From contig CAWVVV010000007.1 of assembly GCA_963933835.1 (NCBI GenBank), positions 20,083 through 84,082 of the forward strand: a stretch of 64,000 nucleotides of DNA. The letters run 5' to 3'. Shown piece after piece: positions 1-8,926 of this stretch. The stretch's first letter is position 1, and each line of letters opens with the position of its first letter. The DNA comes from an uncultured Puniceicoccaceae bacterium. GTDB lineage: Bacteria; Verrucomicrobiota; Verrucomicrobiia; Opitutales; Oceanipulchritudinaceae. The notes under the pieces are model-generated. The model saw only the letters and a list, made by a program, of their open reading frames with translations. It had not been told where the DNA came from and ran no database searches. Both the position numbers and the translations under genes were made by a program.

Positions 1-177
1 TGGAATTTCGAGATTGCCCGCATAGGCAGTCTCGAGGTGAAGGACGCCTGCACTGATTTGGGCGATCTCACCAACAAGGCGAGAGCCGTCGTTGGTTTGA
101 ACGACATCAGCGAAAGTCAGAGATGCAGCACTGAGAATACACAGAGCAGCGGCAGTATTTGGGATGTGATTACGCAT
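1..177 (-). CDS. 5' end of a secreted protein, probably DUF481-type outer membrane protein (runs off the window)
   Basis: ATG at 177 reads MRNHIPNTAAALCVFSAASLTFADVVQTNDGSRLVGEIAQISAGVLHLETAYAGNLEIP: signal peptide followed by a D-x-V-x3-DG-x2-L-x-G-x-I motif. Confidence 0.6.
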   Translation of the reverse strand, partial: MRNHIPNTAAALCILSAASLTFADVVQTNDGSRLVGEIAQISAGVLHLETAYAGNLEIP

Positions 178-442
178 GTAATGATTGATTAAATTGGTAA
201 GAAGACAGACAGAACGGTCTCAATTAAGTGGCAGCGCTAGGGACGTGTTTACGAGTCCGCAAAAAAAAATTACAATTCGTGAACACCTGTTTAAGTTTTA
301 CGCAGGATTTACAAAGGGTTTGCACCTAACTATCACCGTTATACGCGTGCATAGCCTCAAATCTCAAAAGACGGCTGCTGGAAGACCGCGTTTCCAAATT
401 TATCCGACTGAAAAGGTGTCAAAAACCTCGGGAAGGAAAAAT

Positions 443-518
<76 letters not shown>

Positions 519-637
519 ATCAAAGAGGCCGTAAGAAGGCGTCGGCACTGACCTCCGTCAACTCCAATTTTAGATAAAGTCGAAATTCGTCCTTTTCCTT
601 GAGCCTTTCCGACGAAGAACCATCGTCGCCTAGCTCA

Positions 638-3583
638 ATGCCAGATCCCAGCCTGCCAGATCTTTCCCGTGACGCCCTTGTCGACCTTGGTGGTTGGGCT
701 GTGCTCAAAGAAGCGCGGGCGCTGTATCAAGCAGGAGCGGTTCAGCATGTGGAATGGAAGGCTCCCCTCCTCAGTGCAGAGGTCGGGATGGGCAATGCCC
801 GCTTCTTCCCAAAGTTAAACCTCAAGTCGCTCACCTTTGCGGAGAATCGCTGCAATTGCCCAGAGGGTCGACGAGGCCAAATTTGCGCTCACGCGGTTGC
901 CGCCTGTATCGCGATCGAAAGACAAGAAGACACCCCTCCTCCCTCTCCCCCTCCAATAGAGGCAGAGGAACGCGTCGAAGAAGTAACCGAACAAGCCATC
1001 CGCTCTATCCGCACGAGTGACGGCGGCACCACGCTCGTCCTCCGCTTCCTCCTCCCGCCAAATCTTTCCACCGCTGCCCCGCGCGACGCGATCATGACCA
1101 AGATCGAGGTCGCCGCGGGCCGTGAACTAACCACCCCAGAAAAACTCTCGCCCACCATTTCATATGCGCTGAGCGATGCTCACCAAAAGGCTTACGCTCT
1201 TCTCGAGAATTGGTGTGGAGGCAAACCCGGCAGTCTAAATCAACTCCGCCGCGACCAACTCCTCGCCCTCGTCAATGCGCTCCGAGGCGAACCCGTTTTC
1301 GCGTGGCTGAAGCAGCCTGATGCGCCCATCGCTTGGTCAGACGAGAAACTTATAGGCGTCGAAGAACACCTCGATGTCATCGATAAAAGCAGCGGATCGA
1401 TTCAACCGGCCGCGACACTTACCCCTCTTTCAAAGCCGACCGAGAAAGACAAGCGGCCCGCTCCGTCCATAGCCGTGCCGCGCCGAGGAACCGCACGCAA
1501 AGCACCCTTAAAGCGCCCCTCTGCCGTCACCGCGATGAAGAGTCGCATCGCCCGTGAAGGACGCCCCGGATCACGCATCCAAGTTGACGGATCGACGCGC
1601 TTTCTGGCCATTCAGCTGCCCGATCGCGAAAACCTCCTCTACGAACCAGGGCGAAAAATCCTCAAGGAAAACGGCTTTCGCGTCGAACCCTCGAATGGCA
1701 AATGGTGGCTGCGGGATCGTCACAAAACGCTCAACTTTCTCGCCGAACATGAAGCGATTCTTCGAGACGAACTAGACGCCTTCTTCACCGACAACTTTCG
1801 CGAAAAGACGCGCTCGATAAAACGCATCACGCCCAAGACAAAGATCGCTAAAAGCGGGTCGGACTTTCGTATCAATGTAAGTCTCGATGTGCCCGAGATC
1901 GAACCCAATGAAGTCTTTCGAGCCCTCGCTAGCCGTTGTCACTACATCGTCAAAGACCCCTTCGTTTACCTCTTTTCTCCCGCCCAACTCGAACAACTTA
2001 ACCGGGCGCAACAGGCCCTCAGTGGTGAAAAATCACGGGTCCTGACTCCACGCTTTGAAACAAAGCTGAAGTCATCCCAGCTGCGCGACGCCGAGCAGAT
2101 TCTCGAGGACCTAGACGAAGACATTGCTTTACCCGAGGATTGGAAAAAGCGCAGCGCCGCCCTCGCTCGCCTCGATAAGCTCAAAGAACCACCTATCAGC
2201 GAGAAGCTGGATACTACCCTGCGAACGTATCAGAAAATTGGGACAGCCTGGCTTTGGCATCTCTACGAAAACAAACTCGGAGGCATCCTCGCCGATGAAA
2301 TGGGACTGGGTAAAACGATCCAAGCTCTCGGGCTCCTCACCTGTGCGAAGAGGGCCTTGTCACGTCCGTCTTTAGTTGTTTGCCCAGCCTCCCTACTTGC
2401 CAATTGGGAACGCGAAGCAAACACCTTTGCGCCCGAACTGACAGTCTTTCGCCATCACCGCGAAGGACGGATCAAGGAAGTTGAGGAAGCCTCAAACTAC
2501 GACATCATCGTCACTTCCTACGCCACCCTTTCGCGCGACGAAGATCTCTTTGCCCAAGTTGACTGGAACATCGTCCTCGCCGACGAAGCTCAACACATCA
2601 AGAACCGCCGCACGCGCGCGGCCAAGGCACTGCGCCGCCAGCAAGCGGAAGCACAGTTTGTTCTCACCGGCACTCCGGTCGAAAACAGCCTCGACGATCT
2701 GCGAAGCATCTTTGCCTTCATCCTTCCTGGGTATCTGGCCGCCATGCCCCCCGGCACGACAGGTGAAGACCGCAGGTGGTATGACCAGCGCCATCGTGCG
2801 CAAGCAGCCCCCTACATTCTCCGACGGACAAAGCAGCTCGTCGCACCCGAGCTCCCGGAAAAGATTCAGCAGACAATCTACTGCGACCTGACGACGAAAC
2901 AACGGGCACTGTATCAAAAAACGCAGATCAAGACCGAGCGGGCCGTCGCCGAACTCGAGCTCGCGGGGAAAAGCGAAGCGCAGGTTCGCATTGCGGCACT
3001 CGCTCAGCTCCTACGCCTGCGCCAAGTCTGTGCCGAGCCGCGCCTCCTTGACGACACCCTCTCTCCGACGGACTCCGCCAAGCTCGAGGCCTTTGCCGAA
3101 ATCCTCGATGAAGCGGTCGACGGCGGACACCGCATTCTCGTTTTCTCACAATTCGTCAAAGTCCTCAACTACCTGCGCCAGTTCCTCGAAGGACTCGGCC
3201 TGCCCTACTGCTATCTCGATGGCAAAACGCGCGATCGCCTCGGCGAATGCGACCGTTTCAACGGAGACGACTCGATCCCGGTCTTCCTCATTTCGCTCAA
3301 GGCGGGCGGCACCGGTCTAAACCTGACTGGTGCGGACACCGTCGTGCATTTTGACCCTTGGTGGAATCCTGCCGCAGAGGATCAAGCGACTGACCGCGCT
3401 CACCGGATCGGCCAAAAGCGCACCGTCACGAGCTACAAACTGATCACGACCAACACCGTCGAAGAAAAGGTCCTCACCCTCCAAGCCGAGAAATCAGCCC
3501 TTCTGCGCGACCTCCTCGACGAGAGTGCAGCCGCCACTGCGAAAGTGGGGATTGCTGACCTAAAGGATCTTCTCAAGGGGTGA
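638..3583 (+). CDS. SWIM zinc finger SNF2-family helicase
   Basis: CNCP...CAHAVA SWIM motif; LADEMGLGKT, DEAQHIKN, TGTPVEN, SLKAGGTGLNL, QATDRAHRIGQ motifs; ATG at 638 preferred to TTG at 599. Confidence 0.92.
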   Translation: MPDPSLPDLSRDALVDLGGWAVLKEARALYQAGAVQHVEWKAPLLSAEVGMGNARFFPKLNLKSLTFAENRCNCPEGRRGQICAHAVAACIAIERQEDTPPPSPPPIEAEERVEEVTEQAIRSIRTSDGGTTLVLRFLLPPNLSTAAPRDAIMTKIEVAAGRELTTPEKLSPTISYALSDAHQKAYALLENWCGGKPGSLNQLRRDQLLALVNALRGEPVFAWLKQPDAPIAWSDEKLIGVEEHLDVIDKSSGSIQPAATLTPLSKPTEKDKRPAPSIAVPRRGTARKAPLKRPSAVTAMKSRIAREGRPGSRIQVDGSTRFLAIQLPDRENLLYEPGRKILKENGFRVEPSNGKWWLRDRHKTLNFLAEHEAILRDELDAFFTDNFREKTRSIKRITPKTKIAKSGSDFRINVSLDVPEIEPNEVFRALASRCHYIVKDPFVYLFSPAQLEQLNRAQQALSGEKSRVLTPRFETKLKSSQLRDAEQILEDLDEDIALPEDWKKRSAALARLDKLKEPPISEKLDTTLRTYQKIGTAWLWHLYENKLGGILADEMGLGKTIQALGLLTCAKRALSRPSLVVCPASLLANWEREANTFAPELTVFRHHREGRIKEVEEASNYDIIVTSYATLSRDEDLFAQVDWNIVLADEAQHIKNRRTRAAKALRRQQAEAQFVLTGTPVENSLDDLRSIFAFILPGYLAAMPPGTTGEDRRWYDQRHRAQAAPYILRRTKQLVAPELPEKIQQTIYCDLTTKQRALYQKTQIKTERAVAELELAGKSEAQVRIAALAQLLRLRQVCAEPRLLDDTLSPTDSAKLEAFAEILDEAVDGGHRILVFSQFVKVLNYLRQFLEGLGLPYCYLDGKTRDRLGECDRFNGDDSIPVFLISLKAGGTGLNLTGADTVVHFDPWWNPAAEDQATDRAHRIGQKRTVTSYKLITTNTVEEKVLTLQAEKSALLRDLLDESAAATAKVGIADLKDLLKG

Positions 3584-3696
3584 AAATGAGTTTTGTAAGG
3601 ATCGCCCTGCCTCTAAAACGCTTTCGCTAATACACTTACCTCCACCCTTTACAGTGATCGAACATGCGGTGTTAATACTCAGTCTTTGAGACTGTT

Positions 3697-4746
3697 GTGA
3701 CTTTGAGCGAACCGATCCACAGTATAGAGGCCCATGGGTTGACCAAATTCTTCGGGGCCACTGCCGCGGTTAAAAACGTGTCCTTTCAGATCGCGCCGGG
3801 CGAAGTCGTCGGCTTTCTCGGCCCTAATGGAGCAGGTAAAAGCACCACGCTCCGCATGCTTTCTGGGCTTCTACGGGCTGATCACGGAGAGGCTTACGTT
3901 AACGGCGTCTCGGTGGCACGGAATCCTACCTGCGTGAAGCGCCAACTCGGATTCATGCCAGAGAACAATCCACTGCCTGAAGACCTCCGAGTCATCGAAT
4001 ACCTCAGCTATCGGGCTCGCCTCAAAGGTGTTCCTCGGAAGGAACGGGCAAAGCGCATCGATGAAGTGCTCGAAGCCTGCGATCTTCAACGCACCGCACG
4101 CCGCAAACTCATCGGCTCACTCTCAAAGGGCTTTCGTCAGCGCGTTGGCCTCGCTGACGCGATTCTTAGCAAGCCTGCCGTGACCATTCTCGACGAGCCG
4201 ACGATCGGCCTAGATCCTCACCAGATCCTACAAATCCGGAAGCTGATCGAAAATCTCAAGGGCCGGACCACAGTGATGCTCTCAAGCCATATTTTGTCAG
4301 AAGTAGAGATTTCATGTGACCGCGTGATCATTCTTAACCGCGGAGTGATTGTTGCTTCCGGTGTACCCAAGGAACTGCGCCAAGAATTTTTCCCCGGCAG
4401 CCGCTATGAAGCCGAAATCGCGGGCGACCCAAAGACGCTCGCATCCGTCATCGGCTCAGCTGGGATCGAATGCGGCTTGGAAGATCCTGCGGCCAATGAT
4501 GAGGGGAACCCTGATTTCCGAAGAATCTGTCTCAGCTTTAAGGAAGAAGAAGACCTCAGCGAAAAACTCATCAACAAGATCACCTCTACTGATGGTCTTC
4601 GTTTAAAGCACTATTCGGCTCACCCCGTTACGCTCGAAGACATCTTCCTCGCCGCCACCCGGCGAAGCTGGGAAGTCGAAATGACGACGCAACCTGCTGA
4701 AATACCGGGTGAAGATGAAAAAGCCGAGGAGGTGGCACAGCCATGA
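3697..4746 (+). CDS. ABC transporter ATP-binding protein (GldA-like)
   Basis: GPNGAGKST Walker A, LSKGFRQR signature, ILDEPT Walker B. Confidence 0.92.
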   Translation: MTLSEPIHSIEAHGLTKFFGATAAVKNVSFQIAPGEVVGFLGPNGAGKSTTLRMLSGLLRADHGEAYVNGVSVARNPTCVKRQLGFMPENNPLPEDLRVIEYLSYRARLKGVPRKERAKRIDEVLEACDLQRTARRKLIGSLSKGFRQRVGLADAILSKPAVTILDEPTIGLDPHQILQIRKLIENLKGRTTVMLSSHILSEVEISCDRVIILNRGVIVASGVPKELRQEFFPGSRYEAEIAGDPKTLASVIGSAGIECGLEDPAANDEGNPDFRRICLSFKEEEDLSEKLINKITSTDGLRLKHYSAHPVTLEDIFLAATRRSWEVEMTTQPAEIPGEDEKAEEVAQP

Positions 4747-5507
4747 AGAATTTCACCGTCCTGCTCCGCCACGAATTACGCTCGCTCTGGATACATCCGT
4801 CGACGTATCTCGCGGCCGTCCTAGCGCTCCTCATGTTGGGGTTTTTCTACTACATAACCATCGCTGAGTATGCGCAAGCTGCCCAGTCTGAGCTACCCAA
4901 CGCCCGTTTCTTTCGCTTCTTCTTATTCCCCGTCGTTCTCCTCGTGCCGATGCTGACGATGAAGAGCCTCGCTGAGGAAAGGCGTCTGGGAACTCTACAG
5001 ACGCTAATGACGACCCCAATTGGGCCAACCGCTGTCGTTATGGCGAAATTTTTCGCGGCCTATATCTTCTACTGCGCCGTTTGGGGCATCGCACTCGCCT
5101 ACCCTTTATTGACCGTTCTCGTTCTTCCTCAAGCAGAGCTGCGACCACTTCTTTTAGAACCCGGATCGTTACTCGGCGGCTACTTTTTCGTTACAACGAG
5201 CGGGATGCTTTTCGTCGCACTCGGCATATTTACCAGCAGCCTAACCCGGAGCCAACTCATCGCGGGAATGCTCAGCTTCAGCGCAATCTTTCTTCTCATC
5301 ATTGGAGTCACCGCGATCGAACACATCGCGCCGGGCTTGGGTTCTCGGGAACAGATTTCAAGCGTGACGCTCTCCTACATGCAAACCTTTGATCACTATG
5401 AGGATGCCGTTCACGGGATGATCGACCTGCGCCCCTTGATCTACTACTTCAGCACAACTGCGCTCATCCTCGCCCTCTCCAGCCTCGTCGTGGAGGCAAA
5501 GTCTTAA
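4743..5507 (+). CDS. ABC-2 type permease (GldF-like)
   Basis: About 6 hydrophobic segments, AEERRLGTLQTLMTTP motif, 4-nt overlap with the ATPase gene. Confidence 0.88.
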   Translation: MKNFTVLLRHELRSLWIHPSTYLAAVLALLMLGFFYYITIAEYAQAAQSELPNARFFRFFLFPVVLLVPMLTMKSLAEERRLGTLQTLMTTPIGPTAVVMAKFFAAYIFYCAVWGIALAYPLLTVLVLPQAELRPLLLEPGSLLGGYFFVTTSGMLFVALGIFTSSLTRSQLIAGMLSFSAIFLLIIGVTAIEHIAPGLGSREQISSVTLSYMQTFDHYEDAVHGMIDLRPLIYYFSTTALILALSSLVVEAKS

Positions 5508-5512
5508 GCCGT

Positions 5513-6997
5513 ATGCCGCGAGTCTCCGACCAGTTCTCCTTAGCAAATAGGGTGCGATTTATTCATCGCATTATCCAGGGGCTTCTCGCCGTTTTCCTTG
5601 TCCTACAGCTGAACTATTTCGGCATGACCCACTACGTCCGCTACGACGTAACCCAGAACCACTTTTTTACCCTCTCCCCTGAGACGCGCGCACACCTGAG
5701 AGAGCTGGATGAACCGATCAAGATTATCGTCACAACCCCGAAAAACTCTCCTCAGAGAGATGTGTCTTTACTTTACGAATACACGGAGAATCTCCTTGAA
5801 CAATACGACCATGCTCTGCGCGAAATGGGGCAAGGTGACCTCGTTCAGATCGAGTATGTTAACATCTACCGCGACTTAGAGCGAATGCGCGATCTCGCCA
5901 ATAAATACGGCGTTGAAGATGAGAATCTCATTGTTGTCGCAGGACCCGAACGCACCCGCGTCCTCACCCCGACTGACCTCTTTGATTTTGAAGACATGGA
6001 GGCCGAGGCCTTCAAAGGCGAGCAGGCACTCACGACTGCGTTGCTCGAAATCACTACAGCAAATCGCCCAACGATCTACTTCACTGTCGGCCACGGCGAA
6101 ATGCGTCTCGATGATGTCTCCCAAGATCGCGGACTGAGCGAACTCGCCTCAGCCCTGAATGAGAAAAACTTCGCAATCGGGCATCTCGATCTAAGTCAGG
6201 AATCAGTCATCCCAGACGACGCCGACCTGATTATATGTGCGGACCCCCGAGGACCCTTTCTTCCTGCCGAAGTCGAGCTCTTGCGACGCTACTTGCTCGA
6301 TCGCGCTGGTCGCCTCTCAGTCTACCTCTCGCCAACCAATAACGCTGGGCTCACGACCTTGTTCGAAGACTGGGGCATTCGGGCCGACGACATGGTCATT
6401 TTTGAAACCGGTTCAGCTTTCATCGGCTCGGCCGGCAGTTTCCTCATCCGTCGCTTCAGCGAGCATCCGATGACTGATCCGATAACTAAGAATGATGTTT
6501 TTCTCGTCTCCGGCGTCATGCGTCCGGTCCGCCCCGACCCTGCAGCTCCGATTGACGAACGCCTAAAGGTGCAGCCCCTTCTATTTAGCTCAGACTCTAG
6601 CTGGGGCGAAGCCGGTTACCACAGTGGTGGAACCCCGAGCTTTGACGCCGCCACAGATTTACCAGGACCCGTCATGCTTGGCGCACTGGCGGAACGGCGG
6701 GCAGCATCTCAGCTCGGCATTCAGATCCCAGGTGGCCGTGTCCTTGCGATCGGGAGTGGCGATCTCCTCGCCAACCGTCGTCTAAGTTCATCCCTCGGCA
6801 ATCAGCTCTTTTTGTTCAGCCAGATCAACTGGCTCCTCGAACGCGACCAAACCCTCGCCCTGCCACCTCGGAAAATCGAGAGCTTCCAATTCAACCTCAG
6901 TCAGGCAGAGCTCAAGCGCCTCGCTATTACACTACTTATAATCCCATTGTTGATCGGCGTGCAGGGTCTGGTCATTATCTGGATTAGAAAATTTTAA
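5513..6997 (+). CDS. GldG-family ABC transporter auxiliary component
   Basis: N-terminal TM, RYDVT..FTLS, IYFTVGHGE motif, C-terminal TM. Confidence 0.85.
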   Translation: MPRVSDQFSLANRVRFIHRIIQGLLAVFLVLQLNYFGMTHYVRYDVTQNHFFTLSPETRAHLRELDEPIKIIVTTPKNSPQRDVSLLYEYTENLLEQYDHALREMGQGDLVQIEYVNIYRDLERMRDLANKYGVEDENLIVVAGPERTRVLTPTDLFDFEDMEAEAFKGEQALTTALLEITTANRPTIYFTVGHGEMRLDDVSQDRGLSELASALNEKNFAIGHLDLSQESVIPDDADLIICADPRGPFLPAEVELLRRYLLDRAGRLSVYLSPTNNAGLTTLFEDWGIRADDMVIFETGSAFIGSAGSFLIRRFSEHPMTDPITKNDVFLVSGVMRPVRPDPAAPIDERLKVQPLLFSSDSSWGEAGYHSGGTPSFDAATDLPGPVMLGALAERRAASQLGIQIPGGRVLAIGSGDLLANRRLSSSLGNQLFLFSQINWLLERDQTLALPPRKIESFQFNLSQAELKRLAITLLIIPLLIGVQGLVIIWIRKF

Positions 6998-7006
6998 CGG
7001 GTATCC

Positions 7007-8914
7007 ATGCGCCTCAGACTCACACTTTCCCTCCTTCTACTGAACGCAGCCCTGTTCAGCTACCTTTTATACCTAGACCAGAGTGGTGAAGTCTCAGCCA
7101 ACGACTCTCGCCTCGTCTTTCCTCCCGGCATGGTGGAACAAGCAGAGGTGATTTCGGTGCAAAACGCCGCCACCACGGATACTTGGTCAGCGGAGAAAAC
7201 GGGTGAACGCTGGATGCTGCGCGAGCCCGTCCTCTGGCCCGCCAACCCCTTTGCGATGAAAAGCCTGACGGCAGCACTTCGCAGTCTACGCTGGGAAACC
7301 CGTTTTGCTGTCGATGATCTCTCTGACGTTGGGCGTGAACTCGAGAATTACGGTCTCGGTGCCGGCGCTTCGACGTTGAGCCTCCGGGTCGGCGAAGAGA
7401 CGATCACGCTACGCCTCGGGGCACCGACCGAAATCGGCAGTCGCCTCTACGTTCTCTCTCCAGACGAAAAAGAAGTCTTCGTCGTGCAGCGCCAAGTTCT
7501 TGAGGGACTAGAGCTCTCCTCAGATCGCCTCTTCGACACCCAAATCATCCAAATCCCGCCGGCTGAAGTCCGCAGCATCTACATTCAGAGCGGGAACAAC
7601 GGCTCGAGCCGAATCGAACTTCTCCGCGAAAACGAAAGTTGGGTCTTGCGCGCTCCAATTCGTGTCGGGGCTTCCAACGGAGCAGTCACGACCGCCCTCG
7701 ACGACCTTTACCTCACGACGGCCAAAGAATTTGCGGACGTCGCACCCTCGATCCACGGCCTTGATACCCCGTCCCTCCGGCTCAACATCAACGGCACCCA
7801 ACGCCAACAAACCTTGCTCGTGGGTAGCCCGGTTGAAAACGCCTCCAACGGAGCCACCGCCTACGCAAAGCTCGAAGCCTATCCGACTATCTTCGTTGTC
7901 GACCAGTCCTCACTGAGCCCGTGGACCCAGCCGCAGGAATCGCTCCGCGAGCGGCGCATTACCCCTTTCAACCCTAATAACGCTAGTGCGATTCAGATCA
8001 TTAGTGATAATCTAAGCATCAATCTCCAGAAACTTGAATCGGGGCGCTGGCAACTGATTACTTCCGGCGATGACAGCACCCTTCGCACCCTCACAGCCGA
8101 CTCAGGCATTGTCCGAGATTTGATCATAAGGCTGTCCTCGATCGAGGCGCTACAATTCATTTCTGATGCGCCTTCGGAGGCAGACCTCGACCGCTTCGGG
8201 CTCGCTTCACCTCAGCGCACGGTGAGAATTCGATTGGAAAGCGATGAATCCTACGAGCTCCTCCTCGGAGATCTCGACCTCACGGCATTGAGCCCAGAGC
8301 AGTCGAATCGTCTCTTTGTGAGCACGGCAGCAAATTCCACCGTCTATCAGACCACTGCCTCGATTCTCGCCTACACTCCACTCGGGTCACTGCATTATCG
8401 CGAGCGTATCACCGAAGCACTCCCCACTGGAGCAAAAGTGACCGCTCTGCGCCTTCTTGAGATTGGAAGCAGCACGCCGCTACTCGAGACCACCCTCCTC
8501 GATGATGGGAGCATGCAGAGCGATGGCACCTTGAGCGAAGCTGAAAGCAAGGCCCTCCTCGCCCTCAGCAAGGCCTTCCGCCGTTTTCCGGTGCAACGCT
8601 TCATCAGCGAAGGATTCACGGATCCTCTAAAACTGGATGCCGAGACTGAGCTCAAATGGCGCTTTGCGATCGAAGCAGATATCCAGCTCAGCGGCGCAGC
8701 CAGCGCCGAGACAAGGCGCTACGTTCTAACCGAACGACTGGGCGGACGGACGCAATTTGCCGGGAGCGAAGCCCTCGACCTCGTTTTTGTCCTACCTCTG
8801 GAGCTGATCGATCCGCTCCATCCGATTATATTCAATCGGCCTCGTCCCGACGAGGAAGACATCCCACAGCCTCCCGCGACCGCTCCAGTCCTCACCCCTC
8901 TGGAAACGCCTTAA
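7007..8914 (+). CDS. DUF4340 domain protein
   Basis: N-terminal anchor; repeated (Y/F/H)GL..P motifs; usual position after GldG-like gene. Confidence 0.75.
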   Translation: MRLRLTLSLLLLNAALFSYLLYLDQSGEVSANDSRLVFPPGMVEQAEVISVQNAATTDTWSAEKTGERWMLREPVLWPANPFAMKSLTAALRSLRWETRFAVDDLSDVGRELENYGLGAGASTLSLRVGEETITLRLGAPTEIGSRLYVLSPDEKEVFVVQRQVLEGLELSSDRLFDTQIIQIPPAEVRSIYIQSGNNGSSRIELLRENESWVLRAPIRVGASNGAVTTALDDLYLTTAKEFADVAPSIHGLDTPSLRLNINGTQRQQTLLVGSPVENASNGATAYAKLEAYPTIFVVDQSSLSPWTQPQESLRERRITPFNPNNASAIQIISDNLSINLQKLESGRWQLITSGDDSTLRTLTADSGIVRDLIIRLSSIEALQFISDAPSEADLDRFGLASPQRTVRIRLESDESYELLLGDLDLTALSPEQSNRLFVSTAANSTVYQTTASILAYTPLGSLHYRERITEALPTGAKVTALRLLEIGSSTPLLETTLLDDGSMQSDGTLSEAESKALLALSKAFRRFPVQRFISEGFTDPLKLDAETELKWRFAIEADIQLSGAASAETRRYVLTERLGGRTQFAGSEALDLVFVLPLELIDPLHPIIFNRPRPDEEDIPQPPATAPVLTPLETP

Positions 8915-8926
8915 GCCCCATCGGAT

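Noticed and set aside
3697..8914. Gliding motility machinery
   Set aside because: GldAFG-like ABC plus DUF4340 is widespread; no gldK-N or spr genes here
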